Shown in pieces: positions 1-9,878 of a stretch of DNA of 64,000 nucleotides; position 1 is the stretch's first letter; each line of letters begins with the position of its first letter. The position numbers were made by a program, and so were the translations under genes. Under the pieces are notes generated by a model, which worked only from the letters and a program-made list of their open reading frames with translations, was not told the origin of the DNA and searched no databases. Source of the DNA: a candidate division WWE3 bacterium (GTDB taxonomy: Bacteria; Patescibacteriota; WWE3; UBA101185; UBA10185); contig WJKK01000001.1 of the NCBI GenBank assembly GCA_014729135.1, forward strand, positions 389,462-453,461. The letters are read 5' to 3'.

Positions 1-9
1 GGAGTTTTT

Positions 10-342
10 ATGGCAAAAGATAAATCTAAAGAAAAAAAAGAAGTTAGAATTCGCATCAAGCTAAATGCCTATGATAGTAGGATTATGGATGCAAGTTGCG
101 ATAAGATTGTGGAAACTGCTGTAAGAACGGGTGCTAAAGTAGCGGGGCCTATTCCTTTGCCCACAAAAAAGGAGTTATTTACTGTTATTAGAGGACCTCA
201 TATTGACAAGAGGTCTCGTGAGCAATTTGAGTTAAGAACTCACAAGCGCATAATTGATGTTTTAAACCCTACCAGTTCAACTATTGATAGTCTTTCCCAT
301 TTAAACCTTCCTGCCGGTGTTGGAATTTCCCTCCAACTTTAA
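10..342 (+). CDS. rpsJ: 30S ribosomal protein S10
   Basis: 110 aa; [18 protein letters not shown]...[10 protein letters not shown]10 signature; first gene of the S10 operon order. Confidence 0.95.
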   Translation: MAKDKSKEKKEVRIRIKLNAYDSRIMDASCDKIVETAVRTGAKVAGPIPLPTKKELFTVIRGPHIDKRSREQFELRTHKRIIDVLNPTSSTIDSLSHLNLPAGVGISLQL

Positions 343-371
343 AATTTTCCGCAACAATTTAAGGAAAATGC

Positions 372-400
372 TTGGAATTTGCTCCAAATACTGGTACAAT
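372..400 (+). promoter_or_regulatory. sigma70-like promoter (TTGGAA-17nt-TACAAT) in the rpsJ-rplC gap
   Basis: TTGGAA at 372-377, 17-nt spacer, TACAAT at 395-400, inside an unusual 194-nt intergenic gap. Confidence 0.4.
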
Positions 401-536
401 GCTCTCCGATGCAATCTCTATTTACATAAGATTTAGCAGATTAATCGGATAGGCAATTTTTAATTTTGGGCCATCCGGCTCAAAATTTTTTTTGACTTAA
501 AAAAGCAAAAAAACTTTAGATACAGGAGTTTACAAA

Positions 537-980
537 ATGGAAACTTTGGAAATAACAGGAAAAAAACTAAACATGACCCAAGTTTTTAAAGAAGACGGGA
601 CAGTTGTACCGGTAACTCTAGTTGAGGTTGCTGCTAAACCTGAAACCGAAGAAGAAATTGAAATCAAAGGCAAATCCGTAGTTGTAACCGGAACCTCCAA
701 AGGTAAAGGATTCACCGGAGTCATTAAGCGCTGGAACTTCCAGAGACAACCCGAAACAAGAGGAGCCTCCGACAAAGTTCGTGTAGGCGGAGCTATTGGT
801 GCTCAAACTCCAGGGAGAGTCTTTAAAGGCAAGCGCATGGCCGGCCGAAGTGGAGGAAAGCGCGTAACCATTAGAGGACTTGAGATTGTCGATTTTAAAG
901 AAGACGACAATTTGATTTTAGTTTCCGGATCAATCCCTGGTCCTAGAAACTCAGAAGTTACATTAAAAGTGGAGTTATAA
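537..980 (+). CDS. rplC: 50S ribosomal protein L3 (short form, 147 aa)
   Basis: GKKLNMTQVF...GTSKGKGFTGVIKRWNF...KGKRMAGRSG motifs of L3; lacks the internal ~60-aa segment present in E. coli L3. Confidence 0.9.
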   Translation: METLEITGKKLNMTQVFKEDGTVVPVTLVEVAAKPETEEEIEIKGKSVVVTGTSKGKGFTGVIKRWNFQRQPETRGASDKVRVGGAIGAQTPGRVFKGKRMAGRSGGKRVTIRGLEIVDFKEDDNLILVSGSIPGPRNSEVTLKVEL

Positions 981-981
981 G

Positions 982-1608
982 ATGAAAGTTAATTTTTATA
1001 CAAAAACAGGAACAAAGAAAAAAGAGCAACTTGAGATTTCAGATGCAGTATTTGGTATTGAGCCTAATGAAGCTCTTTTAACCCAATATATTCACATCTA
1101 TAAGACAAATCAGCGACAAGGTACATCTAAAGTCAAAACTCGTGCCGAAGTCTCCGGAGGCGGTAAAAAGCCCTGGCGACAAAAAGGAACCGGTAGAGCA
1201 CGTCATGGATCTATTAGAAGTCCTATTTGGCGAGGTGGCGGTATTGTTCATGGGCCTACTCCAAAGAGCTGGAAGCTAAACTTTCCCAAAAAGATGCGTG
1301 CACTTGCAATTAAATCTGCTCTAACTTACAAAGCGCAAGAAGAAGCCATTCTCGTTTTAGAAACTCCTAAGTTTGAAAAGCCATCTTCAAAAGAGATGGC
1401 TAAAATTTTGTCAAAAATGGATCTACATGGTAAGGTTTTGCTTGTGCAAAAGGAGAACGGTCTGGCCGTTAGAAAGAGCTGTGCTAACATTTCCAATCTT
1501 AAATGTGCTTTGGTTGAAACTTTAAATGCTTATGAAATTTTATTGGCTGAAAAAATAATTTTTACTGAAGATGCTTTAAAGTTTTTGGAGGAAAAATATG
1601 CGAATTAA
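982..1608 (+). CDS. rplD: 50S ribosomal protein L4
   Basis: 208 aa; operon position after L3; GGGKKPWRQKGTGRAR motif. Confidence 0.9.
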   Translation: MKVNFYTKTGTKKKEQLEISDAVFGIEPNEALLTQYIHIYKTNQRQGTSKVKTRAEVSGGGKKPWRQKGTGRARHGSIRSPIWRGGGIVHGPTPKSWKLNFPKKMRALAIKSALTYKAQEEAILVLETPKFEKPSSKEMAKILSKMDLHGKVLLVQKENGLAVRKSCANISNLKCALVETLNAYEILLAEKIIFTEDALKFLEEKYAN

Positions 1609-1888
1609 TGACGTTTTACTAAAACCCATTGTTACGGAAAAGACCATAGCGCTTTACAATCGCGAAGGTGTTTATACCTTTAAGGTTGCTCTAGATGCTA
1701 CTAAGAATCAGATTAGACAGGCTTTAAAGGACACGTTTGATGTGGAAGCCGGTGATGTTAGGACCTTGGTTATGCCAGGTAAGCGTAGAAGAATTGCAAG
1801 AACTGCTCGTTTTAAGACGACTCCTATGTTTAAGAAGGCAGTTTTTAAGTTGAAAAAAGGTAAGTTAGATTTTTATACGAGCGAGTAA
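1598..1888 (+). CDS. rplW: 50S ribosomal protein L23
   Basis: 96 aa; position and L23-like sequence (VLLKPIVTEK). Confidence 0.9.
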   Translation: MRINDVLLKPIVTEKTIALYNREGVYTFKVALDATKNQIRQALKDTFDVEAGDVRTLVMPGKRRRIARTARFKTTPMFKKAVFKLKKGKLDFYTSE

Positions 1889-1912
1889 ATTAAGGGCAAT
1901 TAAAGAAAGCAT

Positions 1913-2764
1913 ATGATTAAGGAACACAGACCAACAACACCGGGACAAAGAGGCCGAAGATCCTTGAAAAAGGATGTAGATAAGGTGCGTCCTAATAAAA
2001 AGCTTACAAAGTCAGCTAAAGGTCATGTTGGTAGAAATAAAGGTAAAATTTCCAGCAGGCATCGCCAGCGAGGTGCAAAAAAGCATTACCGTGTTATAGA
2101 TTTTAAGCGCGATAAAAAAGGTGTTCCTGCTAAGGTGGCTACAATAGAGCATGATCCTAATAGAGGGGCTAATATTGCTTTGCTTCATTATGTGGATGGT
2201 GAAAAGCGTTATATTTTGGCTCCGGTGGGATTGCAGCGAGGGATGGAAGTGGTCTCTTCCCCCGAGGCGGAAACTAAAGTAGGAAACTGTCTTCCTTTGC
2301 GAAACATTCCTATTGGAACTGAAATTCATAATGTAGAGCTTCGTCCGGGACGTGGTGGGCAAATGGTACGAGGTGCCGGAACTTCCGCTATAATTACAGC
2401 CAAGGAAGGAAAGTACGCTCATGTTAAACTTCCCAGTACTGAGATTAAGCGTGTTTTACTGGATTGTGTTGCTACAGTTGGAAGCTTGAGTAACCCTGAA
2501 AAGCGCAATGTGAATCTTGGTAAAGCCGGTAGAAAGCGTCATCTAGGTAGAAGGCCACATGTTAGAGGAGTAGCACATGCAAGTCCTAGAGAGCACCCTC
2601 ATGGTGGTTCTTACAAAGACAACGGAGTGGGAATGTCCTCACCAAAGACTCCTTGGGGTAAGAAGACGCGCGGTAAGAAGACTCGAAAGAGAACACACAC
2701 TGATAAATATATAGTTAAAGAGCGCCGCAGAGGAAAGAAAAAGAGCGGTGGGAGCAATAGATAA
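1913..2764 (+). CDS. rplB: 50S ribosomal protein L2
   Basis: 283 aa; HPHGGSY... motif region and position; Lys/Arg-rich C-terminal tail. Confidence 0.95.
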   Translation: MIKEHRPTTPGQRGRRSLKKDVDKVRPNKKLTKSAKGHVGRNKGKISSRHRQRGAKKHYRVIDFKRDKKGVPAKVATIEHDPNRGANIALLHYVDGEKRYILAPVGLQRGMEVVSSPEAETKVGNCLPLRNIPIGTEIHNVELRPGRGGQMVRGAGTSAIITAKEGKYAHVKLPSTEIKRVLLDCVATVGSLSNPEKRNVNLGKAGRKRHLGRRPHVRGVAHASPREHPHGGSYKDNGVGMSSPKTPWGKKTRGKKTRKRTHTDKYIVKERRRGKKKSGGSNR

Positions 2765-2766
2765 AA

Positions 2767-3063
2767 ATGGCTAGATCACTTAAAAAAGGTCCTTTTGTGG
2801 ACGAAAAATTAATGAAAAAAGTTAAGAAGGCTAAAGCTGAAAATGACAGAAAGCCTATTAAAACCTGGTCCAGACGTTCTACGGTAATTCCGGAGATGCT
2901 TGGGCTTACTATTGCAATTCATAACGGTAGAAAACACATAGAAGTTTTAATAACGGAGCCCATGGTAGGTCATAAGTTAGGCGAGTTTGCTCCTACTAGA
3001 ACATTTAGAGGGCACTCTTCCAAGAAGTTAACAGAAAAGAAAAAGAAGAAAGGTATTGTTTAA
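2767..3063 (+). CDS. rpsS: 30S ribosomal protein S19
   Basis: 98 aa; [12 protein letters not shown]... S19 signature. Confidence 0.95.
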   Translation: MARSLKKGPFVDEKLMKKVKKAKAENDRKPIKTWSRRSTVIPEMLGLTIAIHNGRKHIEVLITEPMVGHKLGEFAPTRTFRGHSSKKLTEKKKKKGIV

Positions 3064-3066
3064 AAA

Positions 3067-3420
3067 ATGACACCTAAAGCACAAGTTTACGCAAAATATA
3101 AAGGAGCCAGAACGTCTGTAAAAAAGGCGCGTACTGTAGCTGACTTGATTCGAGGCAAGGATCTTAAAGATGCTAAGGTGACTTTGGCTTTTCATCAGTC
3201 AAAGGCAGCTAACTTGTTTTTGCAGGTTTTAAAATCAGCGGAAGCTAATGCAGTTAATAACAACAAGCTAAATCCTGCTACGCTTTATGTAGCGGATGCT
3301 CAAGTTTCTCCCGGCCCCACAATGAAGCGGGCTCGAATTGTTGCTTACTCACGGGTTAATCCCATTTTAAAGCGAACGGCTCATTTGGTAGTTGGTTTAT
3401 CCGAGAAGGAGAATAAGTAA
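3067..3420 (+). CDS. rplV: 50S ribosomal protein L22
   Basis: 117 aa; operon position; L22-like. Confidence 0.9.
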   Translation: MTPKAQVYAKYKGARTSVKKARTVADLIRGKDLKDAKVTLAFHQSKAANLFLQVLKSAEANAVNNNKLNPATLYVADAQVSPGPTMKRARIVAYSRVNPILKRTAHLVVGLSEKENK

Positions 3421-4056
3421 ATGGGTCAGAAAATACATCCATATGGTTTTAGAGTAGGAGTTTCCAAGCCTTGGCGATCTAATTGGTTTGCTGATAGAGG
3501 TCAGTATGCTGATTTGGCTTTAGAGGATCATAAGATTCGGGAGTTTTTGGAAGAGCGTTTGTTTAATGCGGGACTTAAAGAGATTATGATTAAGCGTTCT
3601 GTAAATGAGTTGGACATTATTTTAAAGGTGTCTCGTCCCGGTTTGGTTATTGGTAGAGGAGGTTCAGGGATTCAGCAGTTGGAGCAAGATCTTCGCGACT
3701 TTACAAAGTCTAAGATCAAGATGACTGTTGAGGAAATTAAGACTCCTGAGTTGGAGGCAAAGCTGGTTGCAGAGTATATTAGTCGTCAAATTAAGCGCCG
3801 TATGCCTTATAGAAGGACTATTAAGTCGGCAATTCGTTCCGGAATGGATAAGGGTGCTAAGGGAATTAAGATTCGTGTTTCAGGTGTTTTAAGCGGCGGT
3901 AATACAATTGCTCGTTCTGAGGTTTATTCCGAGGGATCAATTCCCACGCAAACTTTACGTGCCAATATTGACTATGCTCAGCATCACTGCAAGCTTTTAT
4001 TTGGAACTATTGGAATTAAGGTGTGGATTTATAAAGGTGAGGAGGATATTTCGTAA
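3421..4056 (+). CDS. rpsC: 30S ribosomal protein S3
   Basis: 211 aa; [13 protein letters not shown]... KH domain S3 signature. Confidence 0.95.
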   Translation: MGQKIHPYGFRVGVSKPWRSNWFADRGQYADLALEDHKIREFLEERLFNAGLKEIMIKRSVNELDIILKVSRPGLVIGRGGSGIQQLEQDLRDFTKSKIKMTVEEIKTPELEAKLVAEYISRQIKRRMPYRRTIKSAIRSGMDKGAKGIKIRVSGVLSGGNTIARSEVYSEGSIPTQTLRANIDYAQHHCKLLFGTIGIKVWIYKGEEDIS

Positions 4057-4478
4057 TGTTGTTACCAAAGAGAGTAAAATACCGCTCAACCATGCGTGGA
4101 AAAAACAGGGGAGTTGCTACAAGAGGTTTTACCGTAAACTTTGGTGATTTTGGTTTGAAGGCTTTGGAGCACGGATATGTTTCTTCTCGTCAGATAGAGG
4201 CAGCGCGAAAAGCTATTACGCATAGAACAAAGCGAACAGGTAAGATCTGGATTCGGATTTTTCCCGATAAGCCCATTCCTAAGAAGCCGAATGAAACTCG
4301 AATGGGAAAGGGAAAGTCTCCAACGGATCACTATGCTGCCGTAGTTAAGCCCGGGACAATACTGTTTGAGATCGCCGGAGTTTCTGATGAGCTTGCACGA
4401 TCTGCTATGAGAAGGGCTTCTGATAAGTTAGGTATTAAAACAAAAGTGGTAAGTTCTGATGTTTTTGGAGGGAAATAA
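4056..4478 (+). CDS. rplP: 50S ribosomal protein L16
   Basis: 140 aa; [10 protein letters not shown]...RGKNRG L16 signature. Confidence 0.95.
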   Translation: MLLPKRVKYRSTMRGKNRGVATRGFTVNFGDFGLKALEHGYVSSRQIEAARKAITHRTKRTGKIWIRIFPDKPIPKKPNETRMGKGKSPTDHYAAVVKPGTILFEIAGVSDELARSAMRRASDKLGIKTKVVSSDVFGGK

Positions 4479-4481
4479 ATT

Positions 4482-4682
4482 ATGATAGCTGCGGATTTAC
4501 GAAAAAAGACAATAGAAGATTTGGAAAAGCTTGCTAAAAAGACAAAACAGGAAGTTGCTGAAATGCGCTTAGAAGTTATTAAAGAAAAAGAGTCAAATGT
4601 GACAAAAATTAGGGATTTGAGGAAGGATTATGCTAGAATCCTCACTGTTCTTAATGAGAAAAGGAGAAATAACAATGCCTAA
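4482..4682 (+). CDS. rpmC: 50S ribosomal protein L29
   Basis: 66 aa; position between L16 and S17; L29-like helical protein. Confidence 0.85.
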   Translation: MIAADLRKKTIEDLEKLAKKTKQEVAEMRLEVIKEKESNVTKIRDLRKDYARILTVLNEKRRNNNA

Positions 4683-4911
4683 AAAGATATTAAAGGGAAC
4701 AGTAGTTTCCGACAAAATGGAAAAAACAGTAGTAATTGCTGTAGATGTGGCTAAAAAGCATCCGTTGTATACAAAAGCTATTACCAAAACAAAAAGATAT
4801 AAGGCGCATGATGAGTTGGGCGTTAAAGAGGGTACTGAAGTGATAATAGAGGAAAGCCGTCCTTACAGTAAAGAGGTTACTTGGATAGTTAAGGAAGTTG
4901 TTGAGGAGTAA
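4675..4911 (+). CDS. rpsQ: 30S ribosomal protein S17
   Basis: ORF 4630-4911 trimmed to the ATG at 4675 (AAGGAG RBS upstream); [15 protein letters not shown]... S17 signature. Confidence 0.9.
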   Translation: MPKKILKGTVVSDKMEKTVVIAVDVAKKHPLYTKAITKTKRYKAHDELGVKEGTEVIIEESRPYSKEVTWIVKEVVEE

Positions 4912-4913
4912 GC

Positions 4914-5282
4914 ATGATCCCTGTAGGAACTACGCTAAGATTAGCCGACAACTCCGGAGCCCGCCGCTTAAAGGTTATTGGTATCCCCGGAGCAGGTCGA
5001 AGAAGGTTTGCAGGTTTGGGCGACACTGTAGTTGCAGCCGTTAAAGGAGCCTCTTCCACAGGCGTCGTAAAAGATCACTCTGTTGTTAAAGCTGTTTTAG
5101 TTAGAACCAAAAAAGAGACTCGAAGAAAAGACGGCAGCTACATTAGATTTGGCGACAATGCTGCCATAGTAGTTAATGCTGACGGAAACATGATAGGAAC
5201 TCGTGTATTTGGTCCCGTAGCCCGAGAATTAAGAGACCGCGGATTTATGAGAATTGTTTCATTAGCTAAGGAAGTTTGGTAA
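4914..5282 (+). CDS. rplN: 50S ribosomal protein L14
   Basis: 122 aa; [18 protein letters not shown]14 signature. Confidence 0.95.
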   Translation: MIPVGTTLRLADNSGARRLKVIGIPGAGRRRFAGLGDTVVAAVKGASSTGVVKDHSVVKAVLVRTKKETRRKDGSYIRFGDNAAIVVNADGNMIGTRVFGPVARELRDRGFMRIVSLAKEVW

Positions 5283-5286
5283 TTCT

Positions 5287-5607
5287 ATGAAATTAAGAAC
5301 AGGTGACAAAGTAAAAGTTATAACCGGTAAGGATAAGGGGAAGATCAGCACTGTTTTAAAGGTGCTTCCTTCTAAGAATAAGGTGATTGTTGAGGATGTG
5401 AATAAGGTTAAAAAGCATGTTAAACCGGGGCAGGTTTCTGAGGAGGGTGGAATTATTGAGATAGAAAAGCCTATTGATGCTTCAAATGTTATGTATTATG
5501 AGGAAAGTGAGAAGGCGGTTACTAGAATTGGGTTTAAGTTTGAAGATGGTAAAAAAGTGCGTATTTCTAAGAAGACGGGTAAAGTTTTAAAGTCTAAGGA
5601 AGATTAA
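5287..5607 (+). CDS. rplX: 50S ribosomal protein L24
   Basis: 106 aa; KLRTGDKVKVITGKDKGK KOW motif. Confidence 0.9.
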   Translation: MKLRTGDKVKVITGKDKGKISTVLKVLPSKNKVIVEDVNKVKKHVKPGQVSEEGGIIEIEKPIDASNVMYYEESEKAVTRIGFKFEDGKKVRISKKTGKVLKSKED

Positions 5608-6156
5608 ATGTCAGAAAGATTGCAAGTAAAATATAAAGAGGAGATTTTGCCGGAGCTTGTAAAGGAGCTCAAGTTGGAGAATTCTATGTCTGCTCCTTCT
5701 ATTAAGAAGGTTTCGGTTAATGCGGGAATTGGAGAGTTTAGGGAGAGTCATGATGCTGTTGAGGCCTTTAAGGAAGAGATGACGGCTTTGTTGGGACAAG
5801 CTCCTCAGGAGCGCCCCGCAAAAAAGGCTATTTCAGGTTTTAAACTGCAGAAGGGTGACATTGTTGGAATTTCTGCTACACTACGTGGGGACAAAATGTG
5901 GGCTTTTATTGATAAGCTTGTTAATATCGTCTTGCCTCGTGTTAGAGATTTTAGAGGTTTGGAAACTACTGCATTTGATGAGCATGGGAACTATTCGATT
6001 GGTTTGGATGATCATACGATTTTTCCTGAGGTTAATCCTAATAAGGTTAAGGAGAGCCGTCCTATGCAGATAAATATTGTTACAAGTGCTGAAACTAAGG
6101 AGGCAAGTGAGCTGCTACTGAGGAAGTTAGGTTTTCCTTTAAAGAAAGAAAAATAA
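5608..6156 (+). CDS. rplE: 50S ribosomal protein L5
   Basis: 182 aa; L5-like; operon position. Confidence 0.95.
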   Translation: MSERLQVKYKEEILPELVKELKLENSMSAPSIKKVSVNAGIGEFRESHDAVEAFKEEMTALLGQAPQERPAKKAISGFKLQKGDIVGISATLRGDKMWAFIDKLVNIVLPRVRDFRGLETTAFDEHGNYSIGLDDHTIFPEVNPNKVKESRPMQINIVTSAETKEASELLLRKLGFPLKKEK

Positions 6157-6157
6157 A

Positions 6158-6343
6158 ATGGCTAAAAAAGCACTATTAGAAAAACACAAAAAACCAAGGA
6201 AGTTTAAAGTTCGTGAATACAATCGTTGTGAAATTTGCGGTAATCCTCGCGGATACATGCGCCGTTTCAAGATTTGCAGAAAATGTTTTAGAGAGTTAGC
6301 TCACAAGGGAGTATTGCCCGGTGTAAAGAAAGCAAGCTGGTAA
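6158..6343 (+). CDS. rpsN: 30S ribosomal protein S14 (type Z, zinc-binding)
   Basis: 61 aa with CEICG...CRKC zinc ribbon. Confidence 0.9.
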   Translation: MAKKALLEKHKKPRKFKVREYNRCEICGNPRGYMRRFKICRKCFRELAHKGVLPGVKKASW

Positions 6344-6345
6344 CT

Positions 6346-6741
6346 ATGGATACTTTATCAAACATGTTAAGTACAATTAAAAATGCTTATTTGGTAAGAA
6401 AAGAGGCTGTAGAAGTACCTTATTCCAAGCAAAGTGAAGCTGTGGCAAAAGTTTTGGAAGCATCCGGTTTTGTGAAAAAAGTTAAATCCTTTAAGCACAA
6501 AGGCAAAGCTTACAAGGGTTTAAGTATCGAACTTTCCTATGACGAAACTGATTTACCCAAGTTAATGAATGTACGCCGAATTTCTAAGCCCGGAAGAAGA
6601 ATTTATAAAAAAGCTGATGAAATTCGTTCTGTTAAAGGTGGTTATGGAGTATTAGTAGTTTCCACTCCCCGCGGTATCATGTCTGGTGATGAGGCCAGAA
6701 AGCGCCGTTTAGGAGGAGAATTAATTTGCGAGGTTTGGTAA
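6346..6741 (+). CDS. rpsH: 30S ribosomal protein S8
   Basis: 131 aa; S8-like; position. Confidence 0.95.
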   Translation: MDTLSNMLSTIKNAYLVRKEAVEVPYSKQSEAVAKVLEASGFVKKVKSFKHKGKAYKGLSIELSYDETDLPKLMNVRRISKPGRRIYKKADEIRSVKGGYGVLVVSTPRGIMSGDEARKRRLGGELICEVW

Positions 6742-6742
6742 T

Positions 6743-7288
6743 ATGTCTAGAATAGGTAAACAACCGGTGGAGCTTCCCCGTGGAGTCGAGGTAACAATAG
6801 AAAAGACTTTGGTAAAGTTCAAGGGCCCTAAAGGCAACTTAGAGGTTCCTTTACGTTCTGATGTTTCAGTGGAAAAAGTGGAAGATAAGTTGGTGGTTAG
6901 TTCCCGAAACAAGCAGACTAAGGCCTTTTGGGGATTGACACGTGCTCTTTTGGCTAACGCTGTTAAAGGTGTTACGGAAGGCTACGAAAAGGAGTTGGAG
7001 CTTGTGGGAGTTGGTTATCGTGCAAAAAAGCAGGGAAATGACCTTTTTCTGACATTGGGCTTTTCTCATCCGGTTGAGTTTAAAGCCCCTGAGGGAATAG
7101 AATTTGATGTTCCCGACAATAAGAATATTAAAATTACGGGAATTGATAAACAGCTTGTTGGTTTAACGGCTGCCAAGATTCGTCAGTTGAGAAAGCCGGA
7201 ACCTTATAAAGGTAAGGGAATCCGTTACAAAGGAGAAGTTGTTCGTCGTAAGCCGGGTAAATCCTTGGTAGGAGCAGGAGCAGCATAG
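6743..7288 (+). CDS. rplF: 50S ribosomal protein L6
   Basis: 181 aa; L6-like; position. Confidence 0.95.
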   Translation: MSRIGKQPVELPRGVEVTIEKTLVKFKGPKGNLEVPLRSDVSVEKVEDKLVVSSRNKQTKAFWGLTRALLANAVKGVTEGYEKELELVGVGYRAKKQGNDLFLTLGFSHPVEFKAPEGIEFDVPDNKNIKITGIDKQLVGLTAAKIRQLRKPEPYKGKGIRYKGEVVRRKPGKSLVGAGAA

Positions 7289-7303
7289 TTTTAGGAAATA
7301 AAT

Positions 7304-7666
7304 ATGGTAAAAGTACAAGTAAAGACAGCTAAAGAACGTAGAAAAACACGCACAGCAACAGGCATTCATGGAACATCTGATAGGCCTCGTTTAAGTGTAA
7401 ATCGATCTAATCGTTATATTTACGCACAATTAATTGATGACGATGCTAGAGAGACTTTAGTTACAATAGATGATGTTGCTAAAAAAGCTCATGAGGAAAA
7501 GGGCGTTACTAAAAAGCAGGCAGCCTTTAAGTTGGGCAAGACCTTAGCAGAAAGAGCTACTAAAAAAGGAATTAAGGAGGCTGTTTTTGATAAAGGATCT
7601 TACAGATTTCATGGGCGTGTGAAAAATTTGGCTCAAGGTGCCCGTGAAGGAGGTTTAAAGTTTTAA
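7304..7666 (+). CDS. rplR: 50S ribosomal protein L18
   Basis: 120 aa; L18-like; position. Confidence 0.9.
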   Translation: MVKVQVKTAKERRKTRTATGIHGTSDRPRLSVNRSNRYIYAQLIDDDARETLVTIDDVAKKAHEEKGVTKKQAAFKLGKTLAERATKKGIKEAVFDKGSYRFHGRVKNLAQGAREGGLKF

Positions 7667-7669
7667 AAT

Positions 7670-8122
7670 ATGGCTAGAAGAGGTTATAGACAAGAAAAAG
7701 AATATATAGAAAAAGTAGTTGATATTCGTCGTGTCTCCAAAAAGACTAAAGGAGGAGATCAAATGGCTTTTACAGCTTTGGTGGTTGTGGGAAATAAAAA
7801 AGGGAGTATTGGTACCGGTCTTGCCAAGTCTAAAGATGTAGTTTCAGGTATCAAAAAGTCTATTAAGGATGCGCATCGCAATTTAGTTACGGTTAAGACA
7901 ACGGATGATACTATTGCGCATGAGGTGCAAGCTAAGTACGGCGGGGCCGAGGTTTTGATTAAGCCCGCTCCTGAAGGAACCGGTTTAATTGCCGGTGGTG
8001 CTGTGCGAATAGTTTTGGAGTTAGCCGGAGTTAAAAATGCATCCGCTAAAATGCTTGGAAGTAACAACAAGATTTCCAATGTAAGATGCACTATTAAGGC
8101 TTTGCAGAAGTTGCGAGAATAA
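7670..8122 (+). CDS. rpsE: 30S ribosomal protein S5
   Basis: 150 aa; S5-like; followed directly by L15 with no L30 gene. Confidence 0.95.
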   Translation: MARRGYRQEKEYIEKVVDIRRVSKKTKGGDQMAFTALVVVGNKKGSIGTGLAKSKDVVSGIKKSIKDAHRNLVTVKTTDDTIAHEVQAKYGGAEVLIKPAPEGTGLIAGGAVRIVLELAGVKNASAKMLGSNNKISNVRCTIKALQKLRE

Positions 8123-8146
8123 GCACTAGTTTAGCAGTTTAAAATC

Positions 8147-8596
8147 ATGGATTTAAGTAAACTAAAAAAACAAAAAGGAATAAAAAACCCCTCTAAAAGA
8201 GTTGGCCGAGGTTGTGGTAGCGGTAAGGGAATGCACACTGTAGGTGCCGGAATGAAGGGGCAGCTGTCCCGAAGTGGTGGTAAGCCTCCTGTTGGATTTG
8301 AAGGTGGTCAGGTTCCTTTGTACAAGCGCCTCCCACACATTGGCGGATTTAGAAATCCTCGCAGTAAGAAAATAGCAGCAATCTCTTTAGAAACTTTAAA
8401 CACCTTTCGTAAAGGCAGCACCGTAACTCCTCAAGATTTAGTTGAAAAAAAGATATTAAAGAGAGTTCCAAGACATGGTGTTAAAATTCTTGCAAACGGA
8501 GAACTTGAAAAAGAGCTTAAATTACAAGGATTTTTAATGTCCAAATCTGCTCGCGCTAAAATTGAGAAGTCCGGTTCTGAAATTTTAGATGCTTAA
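8147..8596 (+). CDS. rplO: 50S ribosomal protein L15
   Basis: 149 aa; Gly-rich L15 N-terminus GRGCGSGKGMHTVGAG. Confidence 0.9.
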   Translation: MDLSKLKKQKGIKNPSKRVGRGCGSGKGMHTVGAGMKGQLSRSGGKPPVGFEGGQVPLYKRLPHIGGFRNPRSKKIAAISLETLNTFRKGSTVTPQDLVEKKILKRVPRHGVKILANGELEKELKLQGFLMSKSARAKIEKSGSEILDA

Positions 8597-9845
8597 ACTT
8601 TTAAAAAACGAAGAAATACGCAAAAAGCTTTTGTTTACGCTTGGTGTAATTGTGCTTTTTCGTTTTCTGGCCCACATTCCCGTTCCCGGCGTTGATACCG
8701 CTACAATTCGCTCTTATCTGGATCAAAGCCGAATTCTTGGGATTTTTGATTTGTTCAGTGGCGGTGCTTTTCGAAACTTCTCCATTGTTACTTTAGGTGT
8801 AGGTCCTTACATCAACGCCTCCATTATTATTCAGCTTCTAACTATGATGATTCCTTCTTTTGAGGAGCTTTCCAAGGAGGGGGAGTACGGGCGTGAAAAG
8901 CTTAATATGTACACAAAACTTTTGACCTTGCCTTTAGGGATTATTCAAGCTTACGGGATGTACTTTCTTTTAAGTCGCCAACAAGGAGTTTTACGTTTTA
9001 CGGATTTTTTTGGAATTGCTCTTTTTATAGTTACGCTAATCGGCGGTACTATGCTTCTAACTTGGATAGGAGATTTGGTTAGTGAGTATGGCTTAGGTAA
9101 CGGGATCTCCATTTTGATTTTTGTAGGAATTATTAGCCGGTTGCCTTCAGGTGCTTTGTCTTTTGTTTATGGGTTTTCTCCGGAGCAGTCGCTTATGTCT
9201 TTGGCTTTTATAATTTTGTCCTTGCTGATCATCTTAGGAGTGGTTCTTGTAAACGAAGGTACTCGAAATGTTCCTATTGAGTATGGTCGTCGCGGAACTC
9301 GCTCTACAAAGGTTACAAACTATCTTCCTATTAAAATTAATCAAGCAGGAGTTATTCCGATAATTTTTGCCGTTTCCTTGGTTTCAGTTCCAAGTTTAAT
9401 TAGTGGCCCTTTGCAGGCTTCCGGTAATGCCGCACTTCAGGGAATTGGGGATTTTTTGCTTTTAAATTTTAATCAGAATTCCCTTTTGTATAACGCTTTT
9501 TACTTCTTTTTGGTTTTTGGATTTACTTATTTTTATACTTCTGTCCAATTTGATCCTGAAAAAATAGCGGATGATGTTAAGCGTCGAGGTGGTTTTATTC
9601 CGGGTATTCGTCCGGGTAAGTCTACTGCGCGTTATTTAAATGGAATTGTTACACGTTTGACGTTTTGGGGAGCTATGTTTTTAGGTTTTATTGCAATTAT
9701 GCCTTTCTTAATTGGAAATGTTTTAGGTATTGCCGGTTTATCCTTAGGAGGCACGGGCCTTTTAATTGTGGTTTCTACGGTTTTGGATACGGTTCGCCAA
9801 GTGGATTCTCTGAAGGTTAGCAGGGATTACAGCAGTTACCTCTAA
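8589..9845 (+). CDS. secY: preprotein translocase subunit SecY
   Basis: 418 aa polytopic membrane protein at the canonical position after rplO. Confidence 0.95.
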   Translation: MLKLLKNEEIRKKLLFTLGVIVLFRFLAHIPVPGVDTATIRSYLDQSRILGIFDLFSGGAFRNFSIVTLGVGPYINASIIIQLLTMMIPSFEELSKEGEYGREKLNMYTKLLTLPLGIIQAYGMYFLLSRQQGVLRFTDFFGIALFIVTLIGGTMLLTWIGDLVSEYGLGNGISILIFVGIISRLPSGALSFVYGFSPEQSLMSLAFIILSLLIILGVVLVNEGTRNVPIEYGRRGTRSTKVTNYLPIKINQAGVIPIIFAVSLVSVPSLISGPLQASGNAALQGIGDFLLLNFNQNSLLYNAFYFFLVFGFTYFYTSVQFDPEKIADDVKRRGGFIPGIRPGKSTARYLNGIVTRLTFWGAMFLGFIAIMPFLIGNVLGIAGLSLGGTGLLIVVSTVLDTVRQVDSLKVSRDYSSYL

Positions 9846-9878
9846 GAGTTTTTAGAGTACTGTATAATTAGATTTATT

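Noticed and set aside
2012-2422. 136-aa minus-strand ORF overlapping rplB (and similar antisense ORFs at 530-775, 618-806, 4086-4331, 7759-8091, 13870-14205 and 14437-14925)
   Set aside because: All lie antisense within strongly supported ribosomal genes, have low-complexity or Cys/Phe/Ser-rich translations and no RBS. They are shadow ORFs.
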